Source: Epiperipatus broadwayi (Eukaryota > Animalia > Onychophora). Taken from it: a stretch of DNA of 64,000 bases. Location of the stretch: positions 8,246,001 to 8,310,000 of the forward strand of contig JAQFVV010000003.1 in the NCBI GenBank assembly GCA_028023455.1. The letters are read 5' to 3'. Positions 48,930 through 63,554 of the stretch are shown piece after piece. Position numbers and translations under genes: made by a program. Numbering within the stretch: position 1 is the stretch's first letter; the number at the start of each line of letters is the position of its first letter. A model generated the notes under the pieces. The model was not told where the DNA came from, searched no databases, and worked only from the letters and a program-made list of their open reading frames with translations.

Positions 48930-49990
48930 AGTGAACCCTGAAGGACTTTATAGTTGGGTGGATTGAATAGGTATTGTGAACATTTGCAGACACAGTAGGT
49001 TGATAATGATTACAAACAGACTTTCAGTTCTATTGACCTCAGTGTGCAAGGTGATATGGACAAATGATGTGTACTCATGGTAGGCAAGTAAATCTGGCTT
49101 GATTCCAGACTATAATGAATCAACTGTTGCATTGGTGGGCACAGGTCTGCACTCCTCTTACTTTTCCTTGGATGTGGTGGTGGTCATGAGGGGTTTAATT
49201 CATTTGTGGGGGCGGTCGGTGATCATTGCCAAGCCCAGGGATATCTGTTGGGTGGGTGAAAGTCACAGTCCTCCATTGGACTTTGCCCTGAGGGGCTGCT
49301 ACACTCCCTTGATGGATTATTTCTGAGGACAGTATTGATTTGAGCTCATTATTATCTTATTTCCTTAGTTAACTTTAAAATTAGAGCATTTGTAAGGTGG
49401 TCGGTTTGCTTTGGGCCACCGCCAATTTTTGTAACTTTGATGCAGTTTTGCTGCAATAATTTTGTGGGCATGGGTCTGCACTCCCCTTTTCTTCCTTGTG
49501 GGTGGAGGACGTCTTTAGGGGTCTGGTTTATTGGTACAGGCTGTTGACAATTATTGCCACCACCTGGTACCTGATCAAAGTCTCAGTGCCATTCCTGCTC
49601 TGGTCAGCTGCTGTACCTCCTTGCTAAGTGGTTTTGGGCAGTGCGTATCTATGCTCATTACTTGTTAGTTTTTCCCTAATTGGCTTTCCAATTCTGAGAA
49701 GGTAGAGTGAATGTGGTCCCTGTACATTTGGACTGTTAATTGGGAGACAGAGGTACCTAGAATGGTCTTGACAAGGTTTGGCTGTGGGTCAAGAGTTTAT
49801 TGTTTAACGGACTTGGCCTTGGACCTTGCTGCCTGTTGTGTGGTTGGTGCAATGCTGGACTTGTCCACCTATTCAGCTGAAGCATTTGGGTCTTCGCTTT
49901 GGGGCACCAGGAGTGGGATCATTGGGTGATGGATGACTTCTCAGCAGCTAGGCCATGTAGATCCATGTAAGATAACCATGTACAGATACA
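48930..49990 (-). mobile_element. GC-elevated decayed coding-like segment, probably TE-derived
   Basis: Sharp compositional shift from the AT-rich background. A Pro/Ser/Gln-rich frame on the minus strand is punctuated by stops, and an internal diverged duplication (gtgggca.gggtctgcactcc) occurs at ~49133 and ~49463. No domain recognised. Confidence 0.4.
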
Positions 49991-50959
49991 CATTAATCAA
50001 CAGTATATCAACCTTTTTATGGATATAATTGTTATTGAGCATAGGTACTTTATATAAACCTGGTCAATAATTGTTTACCTTGTAACATTGAACACTTTGT
50101 AATTCTCAACGGATAAGTGTACCTGAAAATTTTTGTAATCTTTTAACTAATAAAGGTTACTTTTGAAAGATAAACTATAATTTACATTTGATCTCTTCCA
50201 TCATCTAAATACACTCCCATATTAACTACAATATAACTTTAACAGAAAACATGATATTGAATAACTCCACTATCTAGCACATCTTAATCTAAATAGCTAA
50301 ATCAATATTAATTTGGAACTATGAAATCAGATCTCAGGGCATCTTTAATATGATTTGATTAAAGAAATTCTATTACCCAAATAACTACTTTATTATATAT
50401 ATAGTATATCAATTCAATCAATTCAATTTATTCTAAAATAAAACAAAATACATCACAAATATTTAAAAACTCCAACCAAGAAAAATCTTTGGAATTTAAT
50501 GTAAAAATAAATTAAATAAAAATACAATCAAAAACTCAAAAGAAAGTTTAAAATAAATAATAATAATTAAATAAATAAAATAAATGCCAAAATTAATACA
50601 TACTACATAATCATTGACAAAATATTTTATGAATGATGATATAAGAAATATGATTCAGATCAATGAACATCATATACAAATTTATTAAACAACTTTGACC
50701 CAGAATAAACATATTTCTTCTACTAGATTCCTTAAAAAATTTTTAAAGTAATTGAAATTTATTAGAAAGATATTTAGAACATAAACTCTAGAATTCAGAA
50801 AAGTTTACACAAAAATATCAAAAATAATCTATATTAATATAATATTTAACAAATAAACCAAATCAATATAAATATCTCAACAGAAGAGGACGAGATCTAC
50901 AAAAATAATGCAAAGTATAATTATGAAAACATGCAAGAAGATAAAATATGATGAGAAGC

Positions 50960-51013
<54 letters not shown>
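50960..51013 (+). repeat. (ATG)18 microsatellite
   Basis: Direct reading: 54 nt of perfect ATG repeat. It may be the tail of a decayed LINE upstream (inference). Confidence 0.95.
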
Positions 51014-51015
<2 letters not shown>

Positions 51016-54000
51016 ACGAATTGGGTGATGTTTCACTGGACTAGCAATTAGATAGGGTACCTTGTAATCTCACATCATTGTCTAAATAATAACTAAGTAT
51101 GCAACCTTTCTTCATAAGTTTACCAAATGGTAAAGTATTTCATATAATGTTTGGATCAAGAGAACAATATTATCAGATTTCAGTATGTTTATTATCAAAT
51201 TTATAAAGTAATGCATTTATGTTGTAATAGATATGTAGAATGTGGAAACTAGAATGTGAATTCATATAAGAACAACTGGAGACAAAGTTTTAAATAATAA
51301 ATAAAGCATTTATTTACATTTGCAATTAAAACAGATATAATTAGCTCATGTAGGGACTATTTATCCTAATTCTTAAATTTTACACATACATTTACTAATC
51401 TGGGTTTGATATTTCTTTTGTTACACTTTTTTATCATCTATTGACTAGACATTTACAAGACATGAATTAACAAATAAAATAATGCCCTCATATTCTAACT
51501 TCGAATATATTTAGGCTATTAATTAATTCTAACAACTTTTTTTTATTATTAGAAAACAACACTGGGTAATTAAATATCATATTATGGGCACAAATATACA
51601 AGTTGGGGAGGTCACACTATCAATTATTGGGATAAAACAAATTAATAAATTTGGCTGTCAGAAGAGTAACCTTAAATAGCTCAATCAAATAATTCCTTTA
51701 AATATCTATACTTTTCACACATTCCAAATAAAAGTAATCATTCTAATGATTTGATGATTTAAAGCTTATGGTAAATTAACATGATATAATTCAAAATATT
51801 TAATTCCCGATGTATAAATTTAACAGTATTATACTTTCATGTCTGCAAGATTATTTGCATTACATGTGTGTCACATCTTATACTATAATTAAGACAAAAT
51901 CAATATCTTTACATCTTGTTAGTTTACTTATGAATTACTAAATAAGTATTATAATACAGATAATGCCATAGACCAACCAACAAATATAACACTATTTCTG
52001 CTTTAATATTCCATAGAGAATTTAATCTTACCATTTATTTAACCGCCAACTACATTACATATAGCTATGATTCTATGATAACACAAAAATAAACATTCAA
52101 GAGAAAAATTTAAGCGCATGAAGAATAAACAAGCTTCTTAGCTAATAAATCTAATGACAAATAATGAATCCCCACCTAACTTTGAGGTAAACTATTAGTG
52201 TGAAACTCAGTCTCACTACCAGAATAAAGAGGACATATACTACTCAACTTCATAAAATATCATTTTTATAATACATACATACGCAATCTAGGAATACTTC
52301 ACTCATAGCAAATACTTAGATATATTAAGGGAGAGAGTTCTCAATCCCAGTCAACATAGAACATATCACAAATAACTTTCTTTCTCATAGCTACTCTATA
52401 CATTTCATTCTATATATTGAAAAATAAATACACATACATAGATAGGTCACTAATTCCTTCTATTCTTTTAGCATATGGCATTATCCGAAATTAAGAGAGA
52501 GAAAAACAGTCATAAAACTGAATATTTACTAATTATATGAAATAATTGCATAAGACAGACACACATACATATAAATAAGAGCATGAAAATAACTTCAAAT
52601 TATATACGCGAATATTATGGTAAAGTAAATGGTAAACTGAAATTAAAACTTTTAGTTTGTGACAAATTATTAGCTGTTTTAAAATTTTTAAATGACAGTA
52701 GTTATTGTCAACGAATTTCACCATTTCTGATAACAATATTTATTTTTCATACATTTATTATTCCCTAAGCCAATTTGCTCACTTCGAGACATTAAATAAA
52801 TAAAATATATATATACCTCTGTTTAATAAAATACACAAAAGCGTATATATAATACACATAAGAAATTCTATTTAAATAATAATCATTTACTGGTGGATTG
52901 TGACTTGCAACACGCTATCCGAGATGTTCTTGAAGTCAAGGAAATAACATAAATTAAATAAGCAAATACATAAATAATAAACCTGTCTATCTGTCAGGGA
53001 CATATATCAACAGCAACAAGCAAAAGAAAAAAGTCACTCTTCTTTTAACTTAAAAAAAAAATTCACTTGCAAAGTTTTTTTTATAAACATAAAGTTTCCT
53101 GAATGACATGAAGACAAGGATGATGATTTCAGATGAGTACGTGTTAGTAAACATGGAGATAAATTCCTATAGGATAAATATTCACAACTTAGATTTAATT
53201 TAGCAATCTCAAATATTCTTAGCAATAGCTAATTGAGCTCACTAATATGACATGCAAGTAATAAATTTTTATAATAATGACGGAGATCTGGATAGATAGT
53301 TTCAGCTACGTATTTCTTTTATATTTATCATTTAATTAATTCTGGAAATTTTTTAATTTATTTAGTAGTAACTTTAGCAGGTTTCCAAAAAAAAAAAAAA
53401 AACATTGACTTCTCATAAACTTCATAAGTTAGCACAAATATAATTATTTTGATCCGTTGCTAATTAATTATTCACGTAAAATCTACAATTCCTTAAGCAA
53501 TAACATTTTTCTTTTATAATAAATCCACATACCAAGGAGAACAAAAAATATATAATATTAATGTCCTTCTACTTGACTTAAAATAGGTACACATTAAATA
53601 AATACTAGTAATTAATTAATTATTTGTAAGCCACGTATTCACTTCGTTAACAAGTTAATTTATAAGCATGAATAATAAGCATAATTATTATCATGAGGAG
53701 TTCAAATATATAGCACAATAAATTATACTCACATCCTTCCATTTTAATTTAACTTCTATATAATTAGAAGAGAATTTAAATGTAGAGTCTATGGTAGATT
53801 TTGTTAAACAGTCCTACATAAATTTCCTTAAAAGATTATAAAGTTCACAAAATTTCCTTAAAAGATTATATATAAAGTTCATGCAATTTCATTTTTTCCT
53901 TAATAATAATAGAAGACAAAGGCAAACAAAGTAGATTAAAGTTATCAGCATATAAATACATTTTAAAATGATAGGGTTAATTTAAAGCTTAACTGAGTGG

Positions 54001-57000
54001 AAAAAATGAAGAAAATATACCTTTTGTATAAATTAGCCTGACATCCTTCCTTAAAGCTGTCTGGTAGCTAGAATTCCCACACTGAATTTTATAAAGAAAA
54101 TAATGTTTAAAAATTTACACTTTGGAGTTTAACTGACTTGATTTCTGGAAGAGATTTAAAAAAATGCACAAAGAAGAAGTGGCAGAAGAGGAATGAATAA
54201 TATAATGGATGATAGTGAATGAATGACTGAATGGATAATAATGACTATCACTTAAATACATCTCCTTTCCATCAATGAAGAGGTCATCTTATCACCCAAA
54301 GGTTAGCTCCACCCTTTGCACTCAGTTAATCAAAGAACAAATATTCAAGAAATCTTTTCTTGAAAAAAAAAAATCATTTTGATTTTCTAAATTAAATCAA
54401 CCCAAATAAAACAAATAAAAAAATAACTTTTTATACTTTTGAAATAAATAAATATTAATTAGCTAGTAAATAAAGTAGTTGATAATGCAATTTAATTTTT
54501 CAAATGATTCACTAATCCAGATATCTATTAATCACTCAAAATATGTTTACATTTGTTATTAGAGATATTAGCTGTAATTTTAAATGTTTTATTGTAAAAT
54601 GTAAAATTTTATATTGTAATTAAATATGAAAAATGAAATTGGAAGATGATACAGACATACATGCACACACATATGCTGCTATATGAATACTAAATTATCC
54701 TTACTAAAATATAACTGATATGGCTATGAGTTAAACATATTTTACTGATTATATTACTTATACATGGATGGGTGTGCCAATGAATAAACAGATCAGAAAA
54801 CCATCTAAACAAATACCAACCACTATTCTACAAATAAATAAAACAACTTTACATCAACTTAACTTGCATATCAACAATTCCTGTAATAATCCATCCCCCT
54901 TTCTTGCATTAAATATTTCATTAAGTATAATAATAATACTAAATGCTTATAAAAATTCCCAATTAACATTCATAAGCAACTCTCACATAAGGTTTTAGAC
55001 CATTAACAAAAAAAATTTTAAATTTTAGCGCTATTTCACTTTTTTTTATAGTTAAATGCAGTTATTCATCACTGACACAGTATGATTTAATTACTTGTGC
55101 CCATTCAGAAAGTCACAATATATATGAGGTTAATTTGTCTTCTCTAGTTAGATTCACTAAACTTGGTATTTAATCAGTCTAAGTATTAAGACACTTTTAT
55201 ATGCTAATTTTATATAATGGTTAGTGTGGCATTTTCCAATCAATATATCCCCACATCGTTAAATACTAACAACTGCAACTCTAGCCACTGCTAGATAATC
55301 ATCAAGTTCTACAAAATATAATTTTTATTTATATATAATTATGACATGAATGATGTTTTACTCATATACATTATAATAGAATGCATATTTAATTCATTAA
55401 ATACAATGCTGCACATAAAGATTACTTGACAAAACCAATTTGATTCATATCTATGAAATAATATTAAATATTCATAATTAGCAACACATATATTCACCTA
55501 AATGGATAAGTTTTTCCATTTCATTATATGCTTACAGGTTCATTTTCCAATCCTTACACTTCCAGTTTAATAAAATTGAATTGAAATAACTAACTATATT
55601 TATTGGCCAACAATTATATATATATAATATGATGCTAAAGACATAAAACATATATTTGAGAATAAAGGCTTATCAAGATAAGTTTATGTTTATAATAACA
55701 ACAATAAAATCAAAAGTTTATCCCCAATCACATACCCCATCAAGAATAAATTGTAGAAAAGAATCTAAATCCATATAGTCCTAAATCTAGATGAACATTT
55801 TAAACCAAGCCCATCAATGCAATTTATAATTTTATGATTAAAAATTAATTACCTTTAGAAGTAATTTAATCTGATATATTGGCTTTATTCAATTCTAATT
55901 ATTTCTAAAATTTAAATATATACCTGAGGTAACATTAAATAATAATAAAGAAAATATAATTATTAAATTTAAATGTTAAAAACAAAAAAATACATTAAAA
56001 AATCAATTAAACAGATTTTATATATATATTATCAATAATATAAAAGAAATTATTTTTATTTCATTAATAGTTTTAATTATCTGTACACATCAATTGAATG
56101 AATATACATGCATTTTGAGACATTGGTTCAACTATATTTACATTTATTTCTATACAAATGTTCTGCTGCCTTTGGTTTTAAACAATTTTCATCATATGCC
56201 AATATATTTTAAGATCTAGAACTTCTTAAATCCAATGATCTTGATATAAATTAGTTATCAATTTATTTCTTTAAAAAAAAGTTTTCCCCACTGATTTCAG
56301 GTTCTTTTTAAAATGGTCATTATTTTTGGGTTCCTTTTTCTCTAAGATGTACTTAACTATTTTCAGATTTTTTTTTTCAAATACATTTGAATTTCTTTCA
56401 ATAGGGAAGTTAATTCTCAAATAACAGAGTATTCAGCAAATATCTTTGGAAAGTTCTTATAGGGAGATCATTGACTTTGCCAAATTTCTCATAGTTCACA
56501 AAAAAGGCACCCCCACCACCAATACACTAGCAAACCATGAAATCAAATTTACAATGTAGAAATCATTTTAACACTATGAAAAATGTAGTTATACTTTCTA
56601 TATTTTCAAGAACTTCTGTTGATGAATTTTGATTTTTTTTCAGTTGCTAATAGCTTAAAGTTTATTTCGATGTAGAGTACAGTGCCTTTTTTTTCAGTTA
56701 GATTCTTAAAAATAATAATAAAAAACAGTTGCAAGCTAAAACTTAAACTGACAAACTTATTAAAAAAAAAGATTTCTGCCTGTCCAAAAACAAGTTAATA
56801 CTTTTTGTTTATAAACAAAATAATCTCTTAATAAGATAATTATTTTTTATCTTTTCTTTTTCAATTGACAAATATTAATTACATTAAAATGTTTTACTTT
56901 AATTATTTTTAATATGCACTTATGAAATTTATTTACTATATATTTTCTTTATTTAATTTTGATCTTTTCTAATGTTAATTTACTGTATTTTTAATTTTTA

Positions 57001-57070
57001 GGTTCAAATCCTGAAACTTTACAAATATAATGAATTAAACCAGTCTTTTTACAACCAATGGAAAAAATAT

Positions 57071-59800
57071 ATCATCATCACTTTCAACCATTATCCAACC
57101 ACGGTACGATGAAGATCTCCCCAATTTCAATCCAGTTTTTCTGATCTGTAGTCTCTCTTCTCAGTATCATCCCAGCACACTTCCTTATTTCATCCATCCA
57201 TCTCATATGTGATCTCTTTCTAGGTCTTTTACCATCTCTTTGAATCAGTTTAAGATTTCAACTGCCCAACTATTATTCTAGAAATATGTCCAGCCCAACT
57301 CCACTTCAGTCTCTTAATTCTTTCAATATTCAGTGACACCTGTTTATTCATTCACCTACATATTTCGTTTTTGATCTCCTTTTTCCTAAGATACATCTCT
57401 CCATACTTAGTTGTATAGTCTGAAGTCTCTGTATTGCTCTTTTGTTAAGTGTCCAAGTCTCAGATCCATAAGTAAAAATTGATAAAACATTTATTAAAAA
57501 CCTTCCTTTTCAAACCCATAGGCATATTTTCTTTTACTATTAAGTTATTTCTACCAAAAGCTCTCCAACTAAGTTCAATTCTACAATTAATTTCATAAAT
57601 TATATTTCCATCTATACTAATAATCTGATCAAGGTATTTGTAGTTGTTAACTTCTTCTAACTCATCATTATTAATCTTTACTTTTTTCTTTTAAGAAAAT
57701 CCATTGAATATTACTTTAGTCTTTTTAATTTTTAGTCCTACTTTCTTTCTTCTGATAACTCTTGCAACATTTCCAGAAGCTCTGAAACATTAATTGCAAA
57801 AACAATTACATCATCTGCAAAATGTAAATAACTTAAATAATCTCCATTTACTCTTACTCCCATAGATTCCCATTTTAATTCAGAAAATACTTCTTGCAAA
57901 ACTGATGTTAATAAGTTTTGGAGATATGGAGTCTCCCTGTCATACTCTCTTCTCAATATTAAACTTCCTAGTATTATTAAGTAATCTAACTGCTGCTGTT
58001 ACAGTTTTATAAATATTCTTCAGAATATGACAATATTCTGAGTCTATACCTTGATGATCCAATGCCTTAATCATTGAAGAAATGTTTATAAAATCAAATG
58101 CCTTTTCATAATCTACAAATCCAAAGCAAAATGGCAACACATATTCATTTCATTGGTTCTGTCTATAACTTCTCTCAATAGTTGGATATAATCCACTGTA
58201 TTTTTAAATTCAACTTATTCTTTTGATTGATTAAAATCCAAAGTTTGTTGCAGATGAATTGTAATTATCTTAGCAAAACTTATGTATAGAACTGATAAAA
58301 GACTGATAAGTCTGTAAATTTCTAATATCTTCTTTATCACTTCTTTTAAATATTAATATTGTATTCTTCCAATCATTTGGTACATCTTTATCATTAGACT
58401 TTTGGTATATAATTAAAAAAAAAAAAATCTATTTCTTTAACTGCTTCTTTTAAGATATCTATTACAATTTCATCATTCCCTTTATAGATAGATTTAATTG
58501 CATGTCTCAAACCTTCATTTAAAATTCTGGGCAATTCAGAAGATATAGTAGTTGTAGAAGATAATTTTTCTTATTCTTTAATCCTATATAATTATTAATG
58601 GAACTCTTCTATATATTTCCTGATGTCATCTCTCTCTTTAGTAATAGTTCAATCTTTTTTTTTCTTATTGCAGAAATGTTTCCTACCAATATCAAGATGT
58701 TGTTTTACACTTTTGAGACTTTTATTCTACTCTATAACTTTCATAACTAATTCACAATTATATTTTCTTATATTATTATTAACTCTTTTTCGCACATTTA
58801 CAAAATTCTAGATATTCAATCCTTTTTAAAGCATCATTTTTATATATATTCATATTTTCTTCAGAAATTGTTTTGTCTTAATAGAAATTTTATTGGTCAA
58901 TTACCGCTTTCTTGGACCAGCAATCTTTGTTCAGTTTTTAAAAGTACGTATATCATTTCTATTGATTTCATTTGAATCATGTTTAAAATCAGTTAATATT
59001 TTAAAAAGATTTGCAAGTTCTAATTTAAATTCATTTGTACATTTTCTTAATATTAGAAATAGCAACAGTGACTAATGTTTTGCTTAATAATTTTTGTCTT
59101 TCTAGTTTTTTATGTACTAATCAATAATCACTTCCTGTGTTGAATGTGTTAAGAACATTACAATCTTGAAATACATATTTTCTATTAATCAAAATATAAT
59201 CCAATTCTTCTGTACCTTCATTTGGATGCTTGCAAGTCCATTTCATTTTCCTCAAAGAAAGAATTCATAATAAAAAGTTTTTCCTTTTTTGCAAATTCCA
59301 CAAGTCTATATCCTATCTCACTTTTGTCATTATAACCAAATTTAACCAAAGCACTTTTATCTTTCAAATGTTTACAATTCTAGCATTAAAGTCTGCCGTG
59401 ATAATTTTAAAATGTCATTTACTCCGATTAAAAGCTTTTTGTACATCCATATAAAAATCTACTATTTCTTCATCATTAGTGAGAACATGTTGGAGCATAA
59501 AACTGAATTATCTTCATTTGGTATCTGCTATAGAATTGAATAACTAATTTTGTCTCTATGTCTGATATTCCATCAATCTCCACAATGTTGTTCTTCCATT
59601 ATAATAAATCCTATACTACTCCAATTGTGCTTTCAATGTTTGTGTCTTTGTATGTCCACTTTAAAAAGTCAATTGTCTCTTCACTTTTTCTTCTAATTTT
59701 ACAAAGTCCAATATTGTTCTATTTAATATTAGACAGTTCTTCCAATTTTTGCAATCTTCCATCACTTGAAAGTGTTGCAGTTATTAGTGTCTAAATAAAA
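57071..59800 (-). mobile_element. decayed RTE-clade LINE (APE + RT)
   Basis: Minus-strand motifs TLSSDGRLQKLEEL, VYAPT, ADFNARI, FVDYEKAFD, YLHFADDV, LKWSWAGHI and RWMDEI; ends in a (GAT)3 tail at 57071-57080. The C-terminal KWxWAGH...RW.D and the short tandem tail are RTE hallmarks. Confidence 0.93.
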
Positions 59801-62792
59801 AGTCATCAAATGACAGCCTGGGTCAATAATCAGGAGATTGTTAGCCCCTCCGCCTTTAGCTGCCTTGTCTGGCAACTTTAGAGCTTCCTGAGAATAAAGG
59901 TCATGATTTAATTTTGTCTGTCATGATTTAGAATATCTATTTTAAAAAAGATTATTTACAAAAACATTCATTCTGCCTTCAAGAAAATTCAATGATACTT
60001 CAGTTAAGAATTATAAGGGAACTGAGAAGAAAGCCAGTAGTGTTTTTTTTCTGTCTATGCAGGAATACGTATATATATATATATTATAAAAAAGAAATAC
60101 TGTCAAAATAATAAATAAAAAATTTTGTGTTTCTCCCTTTATTAAAATGATAATTTCTTCTTAATTTTAAGATCTTAAACACTTTTAGTATATGTTCTTA
60201 CACAATATATCATAAATAATGATTACATTGTTTAATTTCTCTTTATTAAATTATCAAACTAGATTCACCTGCTGATCATTCTTCCAACATAAATATGAGT
60301 TTATTATTATTTACTAATTAAACACTCTTTAAATTTAAACAATGTTACTACCAATCATAATCATTTATATACATATGATTTTATTTCAAATTACAGCAAT
60401 TGACTTCAGTTCCTGAATTAGAATTTGTCATAACTGATAGGCTTTTACTTCTTATTGTGATGGTAAGTGATGATGATCAAATCCCCATCATAAGTTTTGG
60501 TCAGCTAGCACTGTATTCTAGTGTTAGTTGACTATTAAATGTAAGAATATATATCTAATTTAAAAACCAAAAGGGACATTTGTGGGCAATATATTTATGC
60601 ACACATTATATTGCCAGACAGGCAGTAAAATTATGTGCATATTGCAACTATGTTTATTTTTTTTTATTTTGGGATATTATTTTTTGTTAATTTTCTTTAA
60701 TGTGTTTTACATTTTTTTGTGTGTGCGTCTAAGATAAGAAAAAAATAATAATTAAAATGTTAGTTGGGTTGTTTAATCAAATTTGTAGATAAAGAAAATA
60801 TATTAAAAAAATTAAATCAATTGTCCTTGGGTACAAATATTTCATAGAAAAATTTTTAAGAATGTTTAATTATATCAGAGTCTAATTATCTAAATTCTTA
60901 TAATTCCTTTTTGTGTGTAATTAAAGGATTTGTCCATCTCTTTGATATAATTTTGTTTTATTTATTTTTTTAGATGTAATAAAATATGTTATAGTATATA
61001 CAAGCACTTTAATTGGTAAAATGTTTTATAAAAACTTGAAATTTTTTTTTGTAAAGATAAAAAAGACTCATCTGCAAGCTAACTAAAAAAAGAAAGTAAT
61101 TTAGATCAAAGATAACAACATTTTTGTTCTTTAAGTGTGAATAGAGAAGCAGTCAGGAAAGTTGGCAGTCAGAGAGAGAGAAGTGACAGTCAGAGAAGAG
61201 GGTTAGTGGGCAGTCAGAGAGAGAAGTGGCAGTCAAGAACAGATAGCAGTCAAAAATCCAGCAGAGAAAGTCAGTCATCAGAGTTAATGAGCAGTTGGTG
61301 ATTACACTATAGTACAAAGCCAGAAAAAAAAAAAAAAAATTCTTGGATAAACTCTTGGAATCCGTTTTTGATAGCCTTAATAAAAGATGTTAATGCAGCT
61401 ATAAGAATTTAGTAAACTAAACAAAATGGAATAGAAGTTTACCTAGTGCACTACATCTAATTTTTAAATGGTCACTATGTGAAATGTACTGTTATGTTGA
61501 AACCCTGCCTTACAAAAAATGTAGCTGAATTAAAATCGTCTGTTTCTCCTGTTCACTACTGCACATTTCAATAGAGCTTTGTAAATGAGAGCATAACAAG
61601 GAAATTTCATTTTAGCTTAGAATAAGGAAATGGTCATCATAGAAACCAGCATTATGTAATGTATCCTATGAATGAGTATTGCAGATGATTCTTGAAATAT
61701 TTAAAGAACAGAAATGAAGTATGTACAACCCCCCCCCCCCCCATTGATATAAGTAAGGAAAAAAACATTTAAATTTATTATTATTGTTGTTGTTTTAAAT
61801 ATATCGATTTCAGAAATTAACATTTTGTTCAAATTCTATACGTACACAAATGTATGTATAGAATTAGATAAAGATGTATATAATTTTTTTTTTGTATTTA
61901 TTTAAAAAATTAATGTCTTAATAAAAATAAACTATATGTATGCACATAGAGTTAGACAAAGATGTATATAATTTTTTGTATTTATTTGTTAATGCATAAA
62001 AAAACATGAATTGAAATATATCTCACCGGTATTTTTTTCACCCTCTGGTGTAATTATCACCGATCAGCATGATTATTATATATCTATATATTTTTTATGT
62101 GTTTATTATTTTATATGGGTGTATTATATGCCCACAAAGTTGAGGTAGGAGTGCATATAGTAAGAAACTAATAGAAGGGAGGGTGTGTGCTTTTATTGTG
62201 CATTAATGTATTATAAGGGAGGGGGTATCCTCTTGTTACGCATTAATGTATTATAGATTAGATTTTTTTTTTTCATTTTTTGGGTTATCTTTATTATAAT
62301 TATTATTATTTTTTTTTTTAATATTTCTAATTAAGATTAATAAAATAAGTTTTTTATTGTATTTTATCAAGCACTGGTGTTCAATGTTTCATTCACTTCA
62401 CCCCATAGTTCATATGAATGATATTGTATATTTATTGTAAGATAGGCTATTCCACCCTCAGAATTAAGAGTAATAGATCTAGCATATGGGATAACCTGCA
62501 AGGGAATGTTGGAAGTATCTTTCAATATGGGTCCTGTAAGGCATCTTTCTATGAAAGTGGCACTTAAAAGGTTTTTGACTTTATAAAATGCCCTATTTAG
62601 GCTAAGCTTGACCAACCCTGCTGGAGATGGTTATTCAAATAAGAAGATTAGGAAATATAGCTGATAGCTATAAAATTAATTCACTTTTTAATAATAATAA
62701 TTAGTGAAATTAATTATTACACTGTCTTCTCTGCTAGATGAGTTACAGGGTTTGAACTCAGTAGTGATAGGTAGGGTAGTTCCCATTACAGT

Positions 62793-63050
62793 AATAAATG
62801 GTGCACAACATGTATGGGTAGGAAAAGAAAGGCTAGCTAAGACAATAAATATGGATATTAAATGTGTGAAGTCAGCAATAAATGGTGCACAATGTGTATG
62901 GGTATGAAAATAAAGAATAGTTGTAATAAATATGAAAATTAAAGATGTGAAATCAATAATAAAAAATACACAATGTTTTGCATACGAAAATAAAAGATAA
63001 CTTGTGCAATAAATAAAACATTAAATGAATAAATGTGGGAAAGTAGAGTG
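62793..63050 (+). repeat. three diverged ~85-bp tandem units upstream of the gag/ORF1-like frame
   Basis: aataaatggtgcacaa..tgtatgggta.gaaaa.aaag...aataaatat.ga.attaaa.gtgaa recurs at ~62793, ~62877 and ~62958. Confidence 0.7.
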
Positions 63051-63554
63051 TAAAAAAACTTTGGGTATAGTTAAAAATAGTTAGTTTTAGTTATTAAGTT
63101 AAGATACATACCATCAGCTTGTATATAAATTTGGTACACTGATGAGAAAAATAAATTGGAGTGAGGAAATACTGATACCAAAACAAGACAATAAATGTGT
63201 TAGGCAGCTAAAATAAAGATAAAAAAGGACAGGTAAAAGATTTTTAAAATCAATAGGAAGACAATTTTGAAAAAAAAAAAAAACGATTTATAGAAAGTGC
63301 AGGCAGGATATGATGTGGTATAGTGGCATGATGATACAGAAGGGAAAGACTGTATACTGTTTTAAATAGTACACAATCTAAAATAATAATATACAACATT
63401 GACAGATTTAGAAATAAAGATAATCTATGACAAATAAATCTATTTAAAAGATAGAAATTAAATTTTAGAAATTCATTATAAACAAATAACAGAGCTAAGA
63501 TAAAAAATAACATTTTGGATATATTAAACGTTAACAAGAGCTCAGTCAAAAATA

